This document shows, piece by piece, positions 1-18,068 of a stretch of 64,000 nucleotides of DNA. The position numbers and the translations under genes were made by a program. The notes beneath the pieces were generated by a model. It saw nothing but the letters and a program-made list of their open reading frames with translations. It was not told the origin of the DNA and made no database searches. Origin of the DNA: the human T2T-CHM13v2.0 reference genome, Homo sapiens; the NCBI RefSeq assembly GCF_009914755.1, contig NC_060932.1. The stretch is one strand, 5' to 3'. Within the stretch, counting starts at the first letter, position 1; each line of letters opens with the position of its first letter.

Positions 1-581
1 TGCTCTGCTCCTAAAAGATACAGCCACCTTGTTTATTTCTACCTCTGCTCCTATCTAAAGAGACTTTTTGCTGGGGTTTGGCCTAGGCTGTGATGTGTTA
101 CTACTGTTTCCCCACATTTCCTGTTTAGATGTTTCTGGGCATTGCTATATCTGATTGGTTGTAAAACAAATGTTGGGTGAGAACATGTGACAGAGGGGAA
201 TAGTACCTGCCGAGACTAAAAGGTGGCACCTGCACCCCAGGTTTCTGGGTCTTACAGCTTCCGGGTCTGAGTCAGGAGACAACGGTAAGGAAGGGATGAC
301 TTATCTTCCTTTCTCTTTTCTCTCTTTTTCTCTTTGTTTTCTTTCTCTCCTGTCTTCCTTTCTTTTTAAATGATCTCCATTTTATGAAGCACAGACTGAG
401 ATTCATGAGGCAATAATTGGCCAGATTTTATTTAACAAAACTCTGTTTTTCTATAGATTCTGGGGATTCCTTCTGGGTTTGGCATTATGTTGTCTGGAAG
501 ATTTTCTTTTCCTCTGGTGGTTTTTAATCTTTTAATTGAGTTGGGTTTTAACTTTTTAAAAGTTTTTTAAAATATATTTTA

Positions 582-894
582 GGCCAGGCACGGTGGCTCA
601 CACCTGTAATCCCAGCACTTTGGGAGGCCAAGGCAGGTGGATCACGAGGTCAGAAGTTCAAGATCAGCGTGGCCAAGATGGTGAAACCTGGTCTCTACTA
701 AAAATACAAAAAAAAAAAAAATTAGCTGGGCATGGTGGTGGGCACCTGTAATTCCAGCTACTCGGGAGGCTGAGGCAGAGAATTGCTTAAACCCGGGAGG
801 TGGAGGATGCAGTGAGCCTAGATTGCACTGCTGCACTCTAGCCTTGGTGACAGAGTGAGACTCCATCTCAAAAAAAAAAAAAAAAAAAAAAAAA
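582..894 (+). mobile_element. AluS (Sg/Sc-like)
   Basis: Starts GGCCAGGCACGGTGGCTCA, has both arms and a poly-A tail; TSD ATATTTTAG. Confidence 0.95.
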
Positions 895-1083
895 GGATAT
901 TTTAGCGGGATGTTGGAAAAGATTGAATTAAGGCTTAGATTCAGATACTATTTTAAACCAGAAGCCTAATACTATTTTAATCAGGAGAGTGATGTGCAGA
1001 TCTGGACTAAAATGAAGATAAGAGAGGAAGCCTAGAGACCAGTAAGGGAAGCTATGATAGCACATTAAATTGTTGGAGGACAC

Positions 1084-1401
<318 letters not shown>

Positions 1402-1559
1402 TAAAATAAGGTACTAATCTGAATGTCATTGGATATAACCAATCTCATGTAATAGAAAGATCACTGGGCTTGCTATCAAAAGCACTGAGCTTTAGCTCTA
1501 ACTAACATTAACCAGCTGTGCAAACTTGAACAACTCTTTTAACTTCTTTAAATCTGAAA

Positions 1560-2076
1560 TTAATCACAGTTAAACCAAGATGTCAACATGACTGGTCTAG
1601 GGGATGCCCAGACAGCTGGTAAACATGCTTTCTGGATGTGTCCATGAGGGTGTTTCCAGGAGAGATTTGTATCTGAATTGGTGGACTGAGTAGTGTGGAT
1701 CTGCCTTCATCAGCGTGGATGAGAGTCATCCAACTAAGGGCCCAGATAGAACAAAAAGGCAGAAGAGTGAATTTCCTCGCTCTCTCCTTGAACTGGACAG
1801 TTGTCTTATCCTGCACTCAGACACTGGTGCTCCCAGTTCTTGAGCCTTAAGCCTTAGACTGAGAGTTACATTGCTGGCTCCTCTAGTTCTCAAGCCTTCA
1901 GACTTAGACTGAATTATACCACTGGTCCTTAAGGTTATTCCTCTTGCAGTTGGAAGATCATGGGACTTGACCTCCATAATTTTGTGAGCCAATTCCAATA
2001 ATACATACCCTCTTCTGTATCTATAAGACAGATTTTCCTGGTGGTTTTGTTTCTCTGGGGAACCCTGACTAACGCA
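1560..2076 (+). mobile_element. MLT2 solo LTR (ERVL)
   Basis: Matches MLT2: TGTCAACATGACTGG...GATGCCCAGACAGCTGGTAAAC...TTTCTCTGGGGAACCCTGACTAA. Confidence 0.85.
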
Positions 2077-2420
2077 CCTACGTGAAAAGGTCAAGAAAGA
2101 TCTATAGTTCTTGAGACTATCTGACATTTTTGGTTTTGATCATTCCATATGTAAAAATGAATGGTGTGGGCTCTGAGTGCAGTCGAAGATTGACTTGAAG
2201 CAGGTGGAGTGTGTGATGGGCTTGGAAGAAAATCAGATTTGAATGGAGAGGGCAGTGAAGCCTCCAAGGGCTTCCTGTTGAAGGTGGGGGGTTGCTGTTC
2301 CTGGTTTGTGTGCTAAGGTTGACACAATGTTTTGTTTCTAGAAGAAGGAGTAAAAAAAGGACATACTAGAATGGATTTGTTTTTATTTTAGTCTGATGTA
2401 TTATAATCTTTGTGAGTAGT

Positions 2421-2861
2421 TGTAGTAGACTGTTTTTGCACTGCTATATAAACAAAAAACAGAGACTGGGTATTTTATAAGAAAGGTTTAATTGGCTCAC
2501 AGTTCTGCAAGCTGTACAGGAAGCATGGTGCCAGCATCTGTTTGGGAGGCCTCAGGAAGCTTCCATTCATGGCAAAAGGTAAGGGAGAGCAGGCATAGGA
2601 CATGGCGCAAGCAGGAGCGAGAGAGAGAGAGAAAGAAAGAATATTGGATATTGGGCGGGGGAGGTGCCACACACTTTTAAACCACCCTAACCTGTGTGAA
2701 CTCAGAGCAAGAGCTCACTTATCATGAAGGGGCTGGCTCATGCCATTCATGAGGTATCCAACCTCATGATCCAAACACCTCCCACCAGGCCCCACCTCCA
2801 GCATTGGGGATTACAATTCAACATGAGATTTGGGTGAGGACAAGATATCCAAACTATATCT
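2421..2861 (-). mobile_element. MSTB/MSTA solo LTR (ERVL-MaLR)
   Basis: GAGACTGGGTATTTTATAAG...GGCTCACAGTTCTGCAAGCTGTACAGGAAGCATGG...CAACATGAGATTTGGG...ATCCAAACTATATC. Confidence 0.88.
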
Positions 2862-2924
2862 TTAGTATTTGCAATAATTCATCAGAATTTTCTTATAGAA
2901 AGCCTAGCCTTTACAGTGGGGCAG

Positions 2925-3295
2925 AACCAGCACTTTGCACATATTATAGTAATGCAAGAGGGGTAGATATGACTGCATCTTGATGAGGTTAAATGATGTG
3001 GACAAGCCTGCATAGCTTGCAAATAGACAAACTTCAAAGTCTACCTACATCTGTGATTCCAAAGCCTGTGAGCTTCTCCCTGAGTAGAGCTGCTTTAGCT
3101 CGCAGGTCCCGTAGGTGTGGTTGTGTTGTTGATAATAGAGCCAAGGAAATGTGATATGTTTGCTGGGCTGGTAAGAAACCATGCCCTCCTGGAGGTCAGT
3201 GACTGTGTTTTATCAACTTTCTAAACCCAAAGACTGGCATGATTACTGGACCATATAGTAGATACGCCGTAAATATAGTTAAGTGGAATTGAATT
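2925..3295. mobile_element. degraded MIR (-) and L2 3'-end (+) fragments
   Basis: Weak resemblance to the MIR core and to the L2 terminal GTAGATACGCCGTAAATA...GAATTGAAT. Confidence 0.45.
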
Positions 3296-4199
3296 ACACA
3301 CAGTACCAAGTGGGGATCTGAATGCACCCTCTCTGTCTTTCTTGACGCTCCATCTGAATTTGTCCTGGAGTCTTGGCCTGAATTTTCTCCCCCAGGTGCA
3401 TGTCAGGGAAGGTCACAGACTTGAAATATTTGCTTACAAGTCAATTTGGAGATCAGCAAGACTGAATCTCAGCACTGAGGGGGATGGAGAGTGATGCCTT
3501 CAGGCTGGGGTTTTGAAACCAAACAATTAAGTTCATTAACAGTAATGAAACACAGGGAAGACAGCAGCAGCGAGAGATACTCAGTATAAAATGAGCATTG
3601 GCTCTCCCTTCACCCTCCTCTCTTTTTCATTTTCTTCCTCTCAAAATGAAAGTTGCTGACCTGTGGGGCTTTGTTTACCCCTGTGAACTGTGAAACTATT
3701 GCATTCTTGAATAATTGTGACTAATCATGGGGAAACAGACCTTTTAAAGCAGCTTGGTACAAAAAGGCAGATCTCGCATTTTGAAAATATAAATGGATCA
3801 ATGCAGATTCCAAGTTCCATAACCAAATCATGTTGTGTGTGTGCACGCAAATCATGTGTGTGTGCACGCGTGTGTTTCTTTCTGGTGCTTGGCACACCAT
3901 GGCTGCCTAAATTATGTTTGCTGTGTTGCATTAAAAAAAACAAACCTCAAGCTGCTGTTTGAACTGACCCCTTTGTTGACGCTCCCTTTCTGTTCCCTGT
4001 GGTCAGCTTGGGGTTAGCTTGGCATGATGGAGGGACCTGCAAAAGGCACCCCATGTTTCTCAACCAAAACAGGCCCATGGAGGTGCACAAGCAAAGCAAA
4101 TTCAGAGCAATGGAGAGGCCTGGAGGGGTGGGAGGGAGGGGTGTGTAAGCTCGTCCTGCATGACTGGTGTGCACTGTGACGGGCTTCTAATAGGTGAAA

Positions 4200-4900
4200 T
4201 AAAATTGTAGTCACCACCGTAAAAGACTTCTGCTGCAATTTATTAATCAGGGTCTGGGGAGATCGATGACACTGAATGATTATGTAGCATTAGGCGAACG
4301 CCCCGCTCCTTTGGCAATGCTGCTCTCTGGATGGGCTACAGATGCTCACATCTGCTTTTGTTACAGCCTCAAACTCCTGCGACCTGGCATGAAGTTAATG
4401 AAGGCCCTTGCACTATTCCCCACATTCCTTTAGCAAAGTTAACCATATCTGGTCAACCTGGAAATCCAATGAGTTAATTAAGACAGAATTGTCTATGATT
4501 TCCTTTTACATTATAACTGCCCCCTCAACCCTCAACCACCCCTACATGGACGCGGTCCCCCTCCTCCCTGCAAACCTAAGCAGTGAAACTGCCTCTTGCC
4601 CCATGTGCCAGAATGATTAATGGGGGGACTACAATGAGGTCAATTAGCTAGGGTCGGCTTGAAGCTGAAAGGTGGAGTGTGTTTCTTTATTGAACACTGC
4701 ATTCACACTCCAAACAGTGACCTGCGCTGCAGTGATTTATTGCGAGGGCAGTCCTCTGATCACTTACCTTCAGTGCTTGTACCTTGGCTTTGAAAACCGG
4801 GCTTTCACTGTCAATTAACGCCAGACAAGGAGATCCATTCAAAATCTGAAATGCATACCTAATAATGGAATGAGGGCAGGGGCGGTGGAGGGGAGGGGCT
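4200..4900. promoter_or_regulatory. candidate developmental enhancer (PBX-HOX/MEIS motif cluster)
   Basis: Repeat-free; TGATTAATAA (rc 4240-4249), TGATTAATGG (4614-4623), TGATTTATTG (4733-4742), TGACAG (rc 4808-4813). Confidence 0.5.
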
Positions 4901-5213
4901 GAGCGCAGAGGGTAGCAGCCCGGGACAGTGGCTCTGTGGCCAGCGGGACACCCAAGCTGTGGAGGGGCTGGGCTTTCCTTTGAGGACTAAAATGCTTTGG
5001 GTTTGAAAGCACGTTACCCTGCTTGGCAACAGAATCTTGAAGGGGTCGCTTTGTTGGCCCCAAAGGGCACACTCTTCTACTCAGTTTTGTAGACATGAGA
5101 GAGCTGCAGGAAAAACTTAGTAGTTTCTGTGTATTCTTAAAGTGATGATAATTTCTTGCACGGGCCTCTGAAGTGGGATTTCAACATGAGTCACTTGCAT
5201 TTGGGGGCTTTTC

Positions 5214-5520
5214 TTTTTCTTTTTTTTTTTTTCTTTGGAGACAGAGTTTCCTTCTTGTTGCCCAGGCTGGAGTGCAATGGCGCCATCTAGGCTCACCTCA
5301 ACCTCTGCCTCCCGGGTTCAAATGATTCTCCTGCGTCAGCCTCCCTAGTAGGTGGGATTACAGGCATGCACCACCACACCCGGCTAATTTTGTATTTTTA
5401 GTAGAGATGGGGTTTCTCCATGTTGGCCAGACTGGTCTCAAACTCCCGACCTCAGGTGATCTGCCTGCCTTGGCTTCCCAAAGTGTTGGGATTACAGGCA
5501 TGAGCCACCGAGCCTGGTGC
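5214..5520 (-). mobile_element. AluSp/Sq
   Basis: CTTGTTGCCCAGGCTGGAGTGCAATGG diagnostic; 12-bp TSD TGGGGGCTTTTC. Confidence 0.95.
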
Positions 5521-5729
5521 TGGGGGCTTTTCAAACAAGGATTATTAGCATCTCAGTGTAACACGATGGGTTGATACCTGTATAAAAAATACTAAGGCAA
5601 GAACGAGACTTTTCAGGGATGGTCAAGAATATGTAGTGGGTAAGTCATGTTTCTTCCTATGATTATTATTATTTGGTTTGCATTTTTTATTGATATCAAC
5701 ATTCATACATATTTGTGGGGTACATGTGA

Positions 5730-6104
<375 letters not shown>

Positions 6105-6864
6105 CACCTCTAGTATTTATTATTTCTATGTGTTGAGAATATTTCAAGTCCCCTCCTAGCTGTTTTGAAATATACAATACAATACTGTTAACTTTAGTCA
6201 CGCAACTCTGCTGTTGAACATTATAATTTATTTCTTCTAAGTGTATGTTTGTCTCTTTGTACCTGTTAGCCAGTCTGTCTGTATTCCCTCCCCTCTACAG
6301 ATCCACACCATTCCCAGCCTCTGGTATCTATTATTCTATTCTCTACCTCTGTGATATCAATATTTTTAGCTCCCACATGTGAGCGAGAACATATGGTATT
6401 TGTCTTTCTGAGCCTGGGCATCATCTCACTTAATATAATGATGTGCAGTTCCATCCATGTTGCTTCAAATTACATTATTTCATCCTTTTTAATGTGTGAA
6501 CAGTATTTCATAGTGTGTGTTTATACATCTCACATTTTCTTCATTCATTAGTGGATTGTACATTGTTTCCATATCTTAACTATTGTGAGTAGTGCTGCAG
6601 TGAACATGAAAGCGCAGATATCTCTTTGACATACTGATTTCTTTCGTAGATAAACACAGAGTAGCAAGGTGGCAGGATCATATGGTAGTTCCATTTTTAG
6701 TTTTCTGAGAAATCTCCATACTATTTTCCGTGGTTGTACTAATTTACATTCCCACTCACAGTGTGTAAGAGTTCACTTTTCTCCATATCCTCACCAGCAT
6801 CTGTTACTTTTTATCTTTTTAATAACAGCCATTCTAACTGGGGGTAAAATGATATTTCATTGTG

Positions 6865-7150
6865 TTTTGTTTGTTTTTTTGAGACGGAGTCTCACTCTAT
6901 CGTTTAGGCTGGAGTTCAGTGTTATGATCTCAGCTCACTGCAACCTCTGCCTCCTGGTTTCAAGCAATTCTCCTGTCCCAGCCTCCTGAGTAGCTGAGAC
7001 TACAGGCACAGGCTAACTTTTTGTATTTTTAGGAGAGATGGGGTTTCACCATATTGGTCAGGCTGGTCTCGAACTCCTGACCTCAGGTAATCCACCCACC
7101 TTGGCCTACTAAAGTGCTGGGATTACATGCATGAGCCACTGTGCCCAGCC
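6865..7150 (-). mobile_element. AluSx
   Basis: Full Alu inside L1MA; TSD TCATTGTG. Confidence 0.93.
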
Positions 7151-9444
7151 TCATTGTGGTTTTGATTTGCATTTCTCTGATGTTTAGTGATGGGGAACAT
7201 TTTGTTGTATATCTGTTGGCCATTTGTATGTCTTCTTTTGAGAAATATCTATTCCTGTCCTTTCCCCACTTTTTAGGCATTATTTGTTTTTGTTTTTGCT
7301 ATTGAGTTGTATGAGTTTTTGTATATTCCGGATATTAGTACCTTCTCAGATGAATAGTTGGCAAATATTTTCACCCGTTCAACAAGTTGTCTCTTCGCTC
7401 TGTTGATTATTTTCTTTGCTGTGTAGAAGCTTTTTACTTTAATATAGTCCCATTTGTGTTTTCGTTGCCTGTGCTTTCGAGGTCTTAGGCATAAAATTTT
7501 TGCCCAGACCAATGTCCTGAAGTGTTTCCCCTGTGTTTTCTTCTAGTAGTTTTATAGTTTCGTCTTAGATTTAAGTCTTTTATCTAACTTGAGTTGATTT
7601 TTCTATATGATGAGAGATAGGGGTCCAGTTTTATGCTTCTGTGTATGAATATTCAATTTTCCCAGCACCATTTATTGAACATGATGTCCTTTCCCCAATG
7701 TTTGTTCTTGGCCCCTTTGTTGAAAATCAGCTAGCTGTAAATATATGGATTTATTTCTGGGTTCTCTATTCCATTGGTGTATGTGTCTGTTTTTAATACC
7801 AATACCATGCTGTTTTGCTTACTATAGCCTTGTAATATGTTTTGATTCCAGGTAGTGGGATGTCTCCAACTTTGTTCTTTTTGCTCAGTATTGCTGTGTC
7901 TATTCTGGCTCTCTTTGGTTCCATATGAATTGTAAGATTGTTTTTTCTATTTCTGTGAAAAATTATGTTGGTACTTTCATACAGATTACTTTGAATCTGT
8001 AGATTGCTTTGGGCAGTATGGGTATTTAACAATATTAATTCTTCTAATCCATGAGCATGGGATATCTTTCCATTTGTGTCCTCTTCAATTTCTTTTATCA
8101 GTGTTTTGCAGTTTTTCTTATAGAGGTCTTTCATCTTTTTGGTTAAATTTATATTTAGATATTTTAATTTATTGGTAGGCATTGTAAATGGAATTGGCTT
8201 CTTGATTTCTTTCTCAGCCAGCACACTATTGGTGTATAGAATAGTGTATGTTAATTTTGTATCCTGCAGCTTTACTGAATTTATCATATCTAAGAGTTTT
8301 CTGGTATAATCTTTAGGTTTTTCTATATATAATATCATTCCTTCAATATGAGATCCAAAAATTAAAAATATGTACCATTATATCATCTGCAAAGAGGGAA
8401 AATTTGACTTCCTCCTTTACAATTTGGATGCCTGTTATTTCTTTCTCTTGCTTGACTGCTCTGGCTAGGACTTCCAGCACTCTGTTGAATAGGAGTGGCT
8501 AAAGTGGGCATCCTTGTCTTGTTCCAGTTCTTAGAGGAAAGGCTTTCAGTTTTTCTCCATTCAGTATCATGTTAGCTGTGGGTTTGTCATCTGTGGTCTT
8601 TATTATGTTGTGTTATGTTCCCTCAATAACTAGTTGTTGAGACTTTTCATCATAAAAGGATGTTGAATTTTATCAAATGCTTTCTCTGCAACTGTTGAGA
8701 TGACCATATGGTTTTTGTCCTTCATTCTGTTGATGTGATGTATCACATTTATTGATTTGCTTTTTTTGACCCATCCTTGCCTCCTGAGGACTTGATCATG
8801 GTGTCTTATCTTTTTGATGTGTTGTTGGATTTTTTTTGCTGTTATTTTGTTGAGGATTTTTGCGTCTATGTTTATCAGGGATATTGGTCTGCAGTTTTTT
8901 TTTTGTTGTTGCATCATTGTCTGGTTTTGGTATCAGGGTAATGCCAGCCTCATAGAATGAGTTATGGAAAATTCCCTCCTCTTTAACTTTTTAGAATAGT
9001 TTGAGGAGAATTGGTATTAGTTCTTGATGAAAGTTTGGTTGAATTTCACACTGAAGTCATCCAGTCCTGAACTTTGCTTTGTTGGGAGACTTTTTATTAC
9101 TGATTCAATCTCATTATTCATTATTGGTCTGCTGTGGTTTTCTGTTTCTTCCTGATTCACTCTTGGTGATTGTATGTATCCAGGAATTTATCCATTGCCT
9201 GTAGATTTTCTATTTTATTAGTGTATAGTTGTTCATAATGGTCTGTAACTTTTTGTATCTCTGTGGTGTCAGTTTTTAATGTTTCCATTTTCATATCTGA
9301 TTTTATTTGGGTCTTCTCTCTTTTTTTCTTGGTTAGCCTAGCTGTCTAAAGCAATCTACAGATTCAAAGTAATCCCTGTTTGTTGGTTTTGTTTATCTTT
9401 TTTTAAAAAAACAACTTTTTGTTTTATTGATCGTTTGTATTTTT

Positions 9445-9793
<349 letters not shown>

Positions 9794-10386
9794 TTAAGTC
9801 TAAATTTTATCTAGTTCTGTTCTGATCTTTATTATTTCTTTCCTTTTACTAATTTTGAGTTTGCTTTATTCTTATTTTCCTAGTTCCTCAAGGTACATTG
9901 TTAGATTGTTCATTTGAAATATTTTTACTTTTTTGATGTAGACATTTACTGCTATAAACTTTCCTCTTAGCACTGCTTTTGCTGTATCCCATAGGTTTTA
10001 GTATATTGTGTTTCAATTTTCATTTGTTTTAAGAAATGTTTCTATTTCCTCCTTAATTTCTTCCTTGACCCAATTGTCATTTAGGAGCATGTTGTTTAAA
10101 TTCCATGTATTTGTGCAATTACTCAAGTTCCTCTTGTTGTTAATTTTTAGTTTTATTCCACTGTGGTCTGAGAAGGTACTTGACATAATTTTGACTTTAA
10201 AATTTTGTTAAAACTTGTTTTTGTGTTCTGACATATGGTTGATCCTGGAGAATGTTCCAAGTACTAATGAGAGGAGTGTGTGTTGTGTAGCTGGGTGAAA
10301 TGTACTGTAAATGTCTGTTAGGTCCATTTGGTCTAATGTGCAGTTGAATTCCAGTGTTTTTTTTTGAATTTCCTGTCTAGACCAAT

Positions 10387-10906
10387 CAAGCTTGTCCAAC
10401 TCAAGGGCTGTGTGCAGCCCAGGACAGCTTTGAATGTGGCCCAACATAAATTCATAAACTTTATTAAAACATTGAGATTTTTGGCTGGGCGTGGTGGCTC
10501 ACGCCTGTAATCCCAGCACTTTGGGAGGCAGAGGCAGGCGGATCACAAGGTCAAGCGGTCAAGACCAGCCTGAGCAACATGGTGAAACCCCATCTCTACT
10601 AAAAATACAAAAATTAGCCAGGCGTGGTGGCCCACACCTGTAGTCTCAGCTACTCAAGAGGCTGAGGCAGGAGAATTGCTTGAACCCGGAAGGCGGAAGT
10701 TGCAGTGATCCAAGATCGCGCCACTCTACTCTAGCCTAGCCTGGGTGACAGAGCAAGACTTAATTAAAAAAAATAAAAATAAAAAATTGAGATTTTTTTT
10801 GTGATTTTTTTTTTAAGTCCATCAGCTATCATTAGTGTATTTTATGGATGGTCCAAGACAATTATTCCAATGTGGCCCACAGAAGCCAAAAGGTTGGACA
10901 CCCCTG
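10387..10906 (-). mobile_element. MER30 (hAT-Charlie MITE) interrupted by an Alu
   Basis: Termini CAAGCTTGTCCAAC ... GTTGGACACCCCTG; internal MER30 sequence. Confidence 0.9.
10483..10785 (+). mobile_element. AluSc/Sg inside MER30
   Basis: Full Alu; TSD ATTGAGATTTTT. Confidence 0.93.
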
Positions 10907-13639
10907 GTAGATGATCTGTCTAATGCTGTGAGTAGGGTGTTGAAGTTCCCAATTATTGTATTGAAGTATCTCTCTTCCTTTAAATCTAATATTTGCTTTA
11001 TATATCTAGGTGCTTCACTGCTGGGTGCATATTTGTTTAGAACTGTTATATCATTTTGCTGAATTAATCCCGTTATTATTATATAATGACCTTTATCTCT
11101 TTGTACTGTTTTGTCTTTCAATCTAAGTATAGCTACTCCTGCTTACTTTTGGTTTTCATTTGCATAGAATATCTCTTTCCATCCTTTTTCTTTCAGTCTA
11201 TGTGTATGTTTACAGGTGGGATGAGTTTCTTGTAGGCAGTCTAGAGTTGGGTCTTGTATTTTCATCCATTCATCCAGTCTATATCTTTTAAGTGGAAAGT
11301 TTAATCTGTTTACATTCAAGGTCGTTATTGGTATGTGAAGATTTATTCCTATCATTTTGTTAATTGATTTCTTGTTGTTTTGTATATCCTTTGTTCCTTT
11401 CTTTCTCTCATTGTGTATCATTGTGGTTTGGTAGTTTTCTTTGGTAGTGGTAGCATTTGATTCCATTTTCTTGCTTATTTATGTGTTTGCTCCACCGGTG
11501 GGTTTTATAGTTTCATGTGTTTTCATGATGGTAGATATTATCCCTTTGCTTCTAAGTATAGAACTCCCTTAAGCATTTCTTGTAGGACCAGTCTAATGGT
11601 GATGAATTCTGTCACCTTTTGCTTGTCTAGGAAAGACTTTATTTGACCATCATTTATGAAGCATAACTTAGCTAAATATGGTATCTTTGGCTGACATTTT
11701 TTTCTTTCAGCACTTGGAATATATCATCTCATTCTTTCCTAGCTTGTAACATTTCTGCTGAGAAATCCACTGTTAGTCTGTTGGGAGTTCTAAGTGACTA
11801 GATGCCTTTCTCTTGCTGTTTTTAGAATTGTCTCTTTATCTTTGACTTTTAACACCTTGGCTATAATGTACAGTAGAGAAGACCTTTTTGCATTGTATCT
11901 GTTTGGGAATCTCTGAGCTTCCTGCATCTTGATGTCTAAATTTGTTTTTAGTCTTGGGAGGTTTTCAGCTATTATTTCATTAAATAGGTTTTCTAACCCC
12001 TTCATTTTCTCTTCACCTTCTGTGATACCAAAAATTTGAATATTTGGTTGCTTTATGGTATCTCATATGTCATGTAGGCTTTTTTCATTTAAAAAAATTC
12101 TTTTCTCTGTATTTTTGTCTGCCTGGGTTATTTCAAAAGAACTTAGAGCTCTGAAAGTCTTCCTTCTGCTTGCTCTAATCTATTTTTGAAGCTTTTGCAT
12201 GTATTTTGTATTTCATTTAATCCTTCAGTTCTAGAATTTGTTTCATTTTTTAAATGACATTTATCTTTTTGGAAAATTTCTCATTCATATCCCAAATTGT
12301 TTTTCTAATTTCTTTATATTGTTCTTCTGTATTTTCTTAAGCTTCTTAATATCATTATTTTGAATTCTCTTTTTGAGGTTTCATAAATTTCTTGATTGAA
12401 GTCTGTTGCTGGTGAATCATTGTGTTCTTTTGGAGGTGTCATGCTTTTGTATGATAGCTTCCTTCATGTTTCATGTGACCTTACATTGCTGTCTATGCAT
12501 CTGATGTAAGAGTTGCTTCTTTTGATATTTTGAATTTGCTTTTGTAGGGGAGCACTTTTTTTCCTGAAGATATTGATATAGTGTTGGTTGGATAGGACAC
12601 ATTGGCTTTGATTCTGCGTGCGTGTAGTAGTATAGTCTCTGTATGATTTCTTTTGCTGTAAATAATGTTGGTGGTTTCTGATTTCCTCAATGACTTAGAG
12701 TGCAGTTGTTAATGAAGCCTGCGGCAAAGTTTTGCTGGATATGGGAATACTGGGTGCGGGGGGCTGTCTTTGGACCCTAGTGGTGGCAGTGGTGGGCCAA
12801 GTATGCCTATCCTTGCGCCACAGGGTAGCATATGCTGGCACCAGTGCTACTGAGTTCAAGTGGGTCAATTCGTGGACCTCCAGGTGGCTTGCTCAGGTAT
12901 AGGTAGTGCCAGTGGTAGGCTAAGCAGATGAACAGGTTCTCAGGCTCCTGGGCAGCAGGTGTGGCATGGACAATGGCAGAGTAGTTGTGGGACTAACCTC
13001 TGGGTTCCAAGTGTTCCATGCTGGTGTTAGTGGTGGCTGTGACAGACCGGGTAGTTCAACCCCCAGGCCCATGGGTGGGTGCCTGCTGTGGTGGTAGCAG
13101 CAGGTTTGGTGGGCCCAACTTCAGGCCCCTGGGAGGAGTGCTCAAGTGTCAATGGTGGTGGATTGAGCTGGGTGGTCCCCAGGTCCCCAGACAATGTGCT
13201 CAGGCACTGGCAGTGCAGAGCCAGGCCAGGTGGCTCTATCCTCAGGCTCCCTGGTGGTGCATGCATGTGTTGGCTGTGGTAGGAAGGGGTGGGCTGATCC
13301 TCAGGCCCAAGGCAGCCAAGTCTGGTGAGGCAGCTGAGCAGGCTGCCTCACTTCCCTCTCTTTCTTTGCTTTAGGTGTTTCCTGTCACTTCTCTGTTGAA
13401 TTCCAGCGTTCTCTCTTAGATGGTATATTTGAAGTGTGATTATCTTCTCAATACTTCAGTGGTTCTTTATGGAGGAGGCGAGTACCAGACGCCTCTAGTC
13501 AGTCATATTGAGGGGCTTCCTTTCTTTCTGTTCTCAATCTCAGGACTCTTAGAACACCTCAGCAGTATGGTCTCACCTTTGGGAATGTCCACAAGAACAT
13601 CAAAGGATTTGGGATTTCATCCCCTGGTCTACTGCATTC

Positions 13640-13812
13640 TCTGGAAGGTTCTTCCTCCAATACCAGCATAGATCACCCCTCAACTCCTTCTGGTCTTTGC
13701 TCAAGTGGCACCTTCTTAGCAAGGCCTTCCTTGACCACGTATTCAACTTGCAGCTCCCCTTTCCCCTTTCTGGTTTTATTTTTCTCTTTAGCTTTCATCG
13801 CCATCTGACATA
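13640..13812 (+). mobile_element. L2 fragment (continues at 20281-20410)
   Basis: GTCTTTGCTCAAGTGGCACCTTCTTAGCAAGGCCTTCC is L2a-like. Confidence 0.65.
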
Positions 13813-14031
13813 GAGACAGCTTTCTGTATCTGTAGTTTCCACATCTAGGGATTCCACTGACTGCTGATTGAAAATATTTGAAAAATAAAAAATAACAATT
13901 TAATACTTTTAAAATACAAATTTAAAATATATAGTGTAACCACAATTTATATAGCATTGTCAGTAATCTGGAGATGACTTAAACTATACAGGAGGATGTT
14001 CATCAATTATATGCAAATACTATGCCATTTT
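13813..14031 (-). mobile_element. MER2 (Tigger MITE), left part
   Basis: GTATCTGTAGTTTCCACATC...ATGCAAATACTATGCCATTTT; resumes at 20186. Confidence 0.8.
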
Positions 14032-14254
14032 TTAAAAAATTTTATTATTATTATACTTTAAGTTTTAGGGTACATGTGCACAATGTGCAGGTTAGTTACA
14101 TATGTATACATGTGTCATGCTGGTGTGCTGCACCCATTAACTCGTCATTTAGCATTAGGTATATCTCCTAATGCTATCCCTCCCCTCTCCCCCCACCCCA
14201 CAACAGTCCCCAGAGTGTGATGTTCCCCTTCCTGTGTCCATGTGTTCTCATTGT

Positions 14255-18068
<3,814 letters not shown>

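Noticed and set aside
8332-8386. ~45-bp AT-rich insertion in L1MA flanked by ATATCAT
   Set aside because: Source not identifiable by eye; too short to interpret
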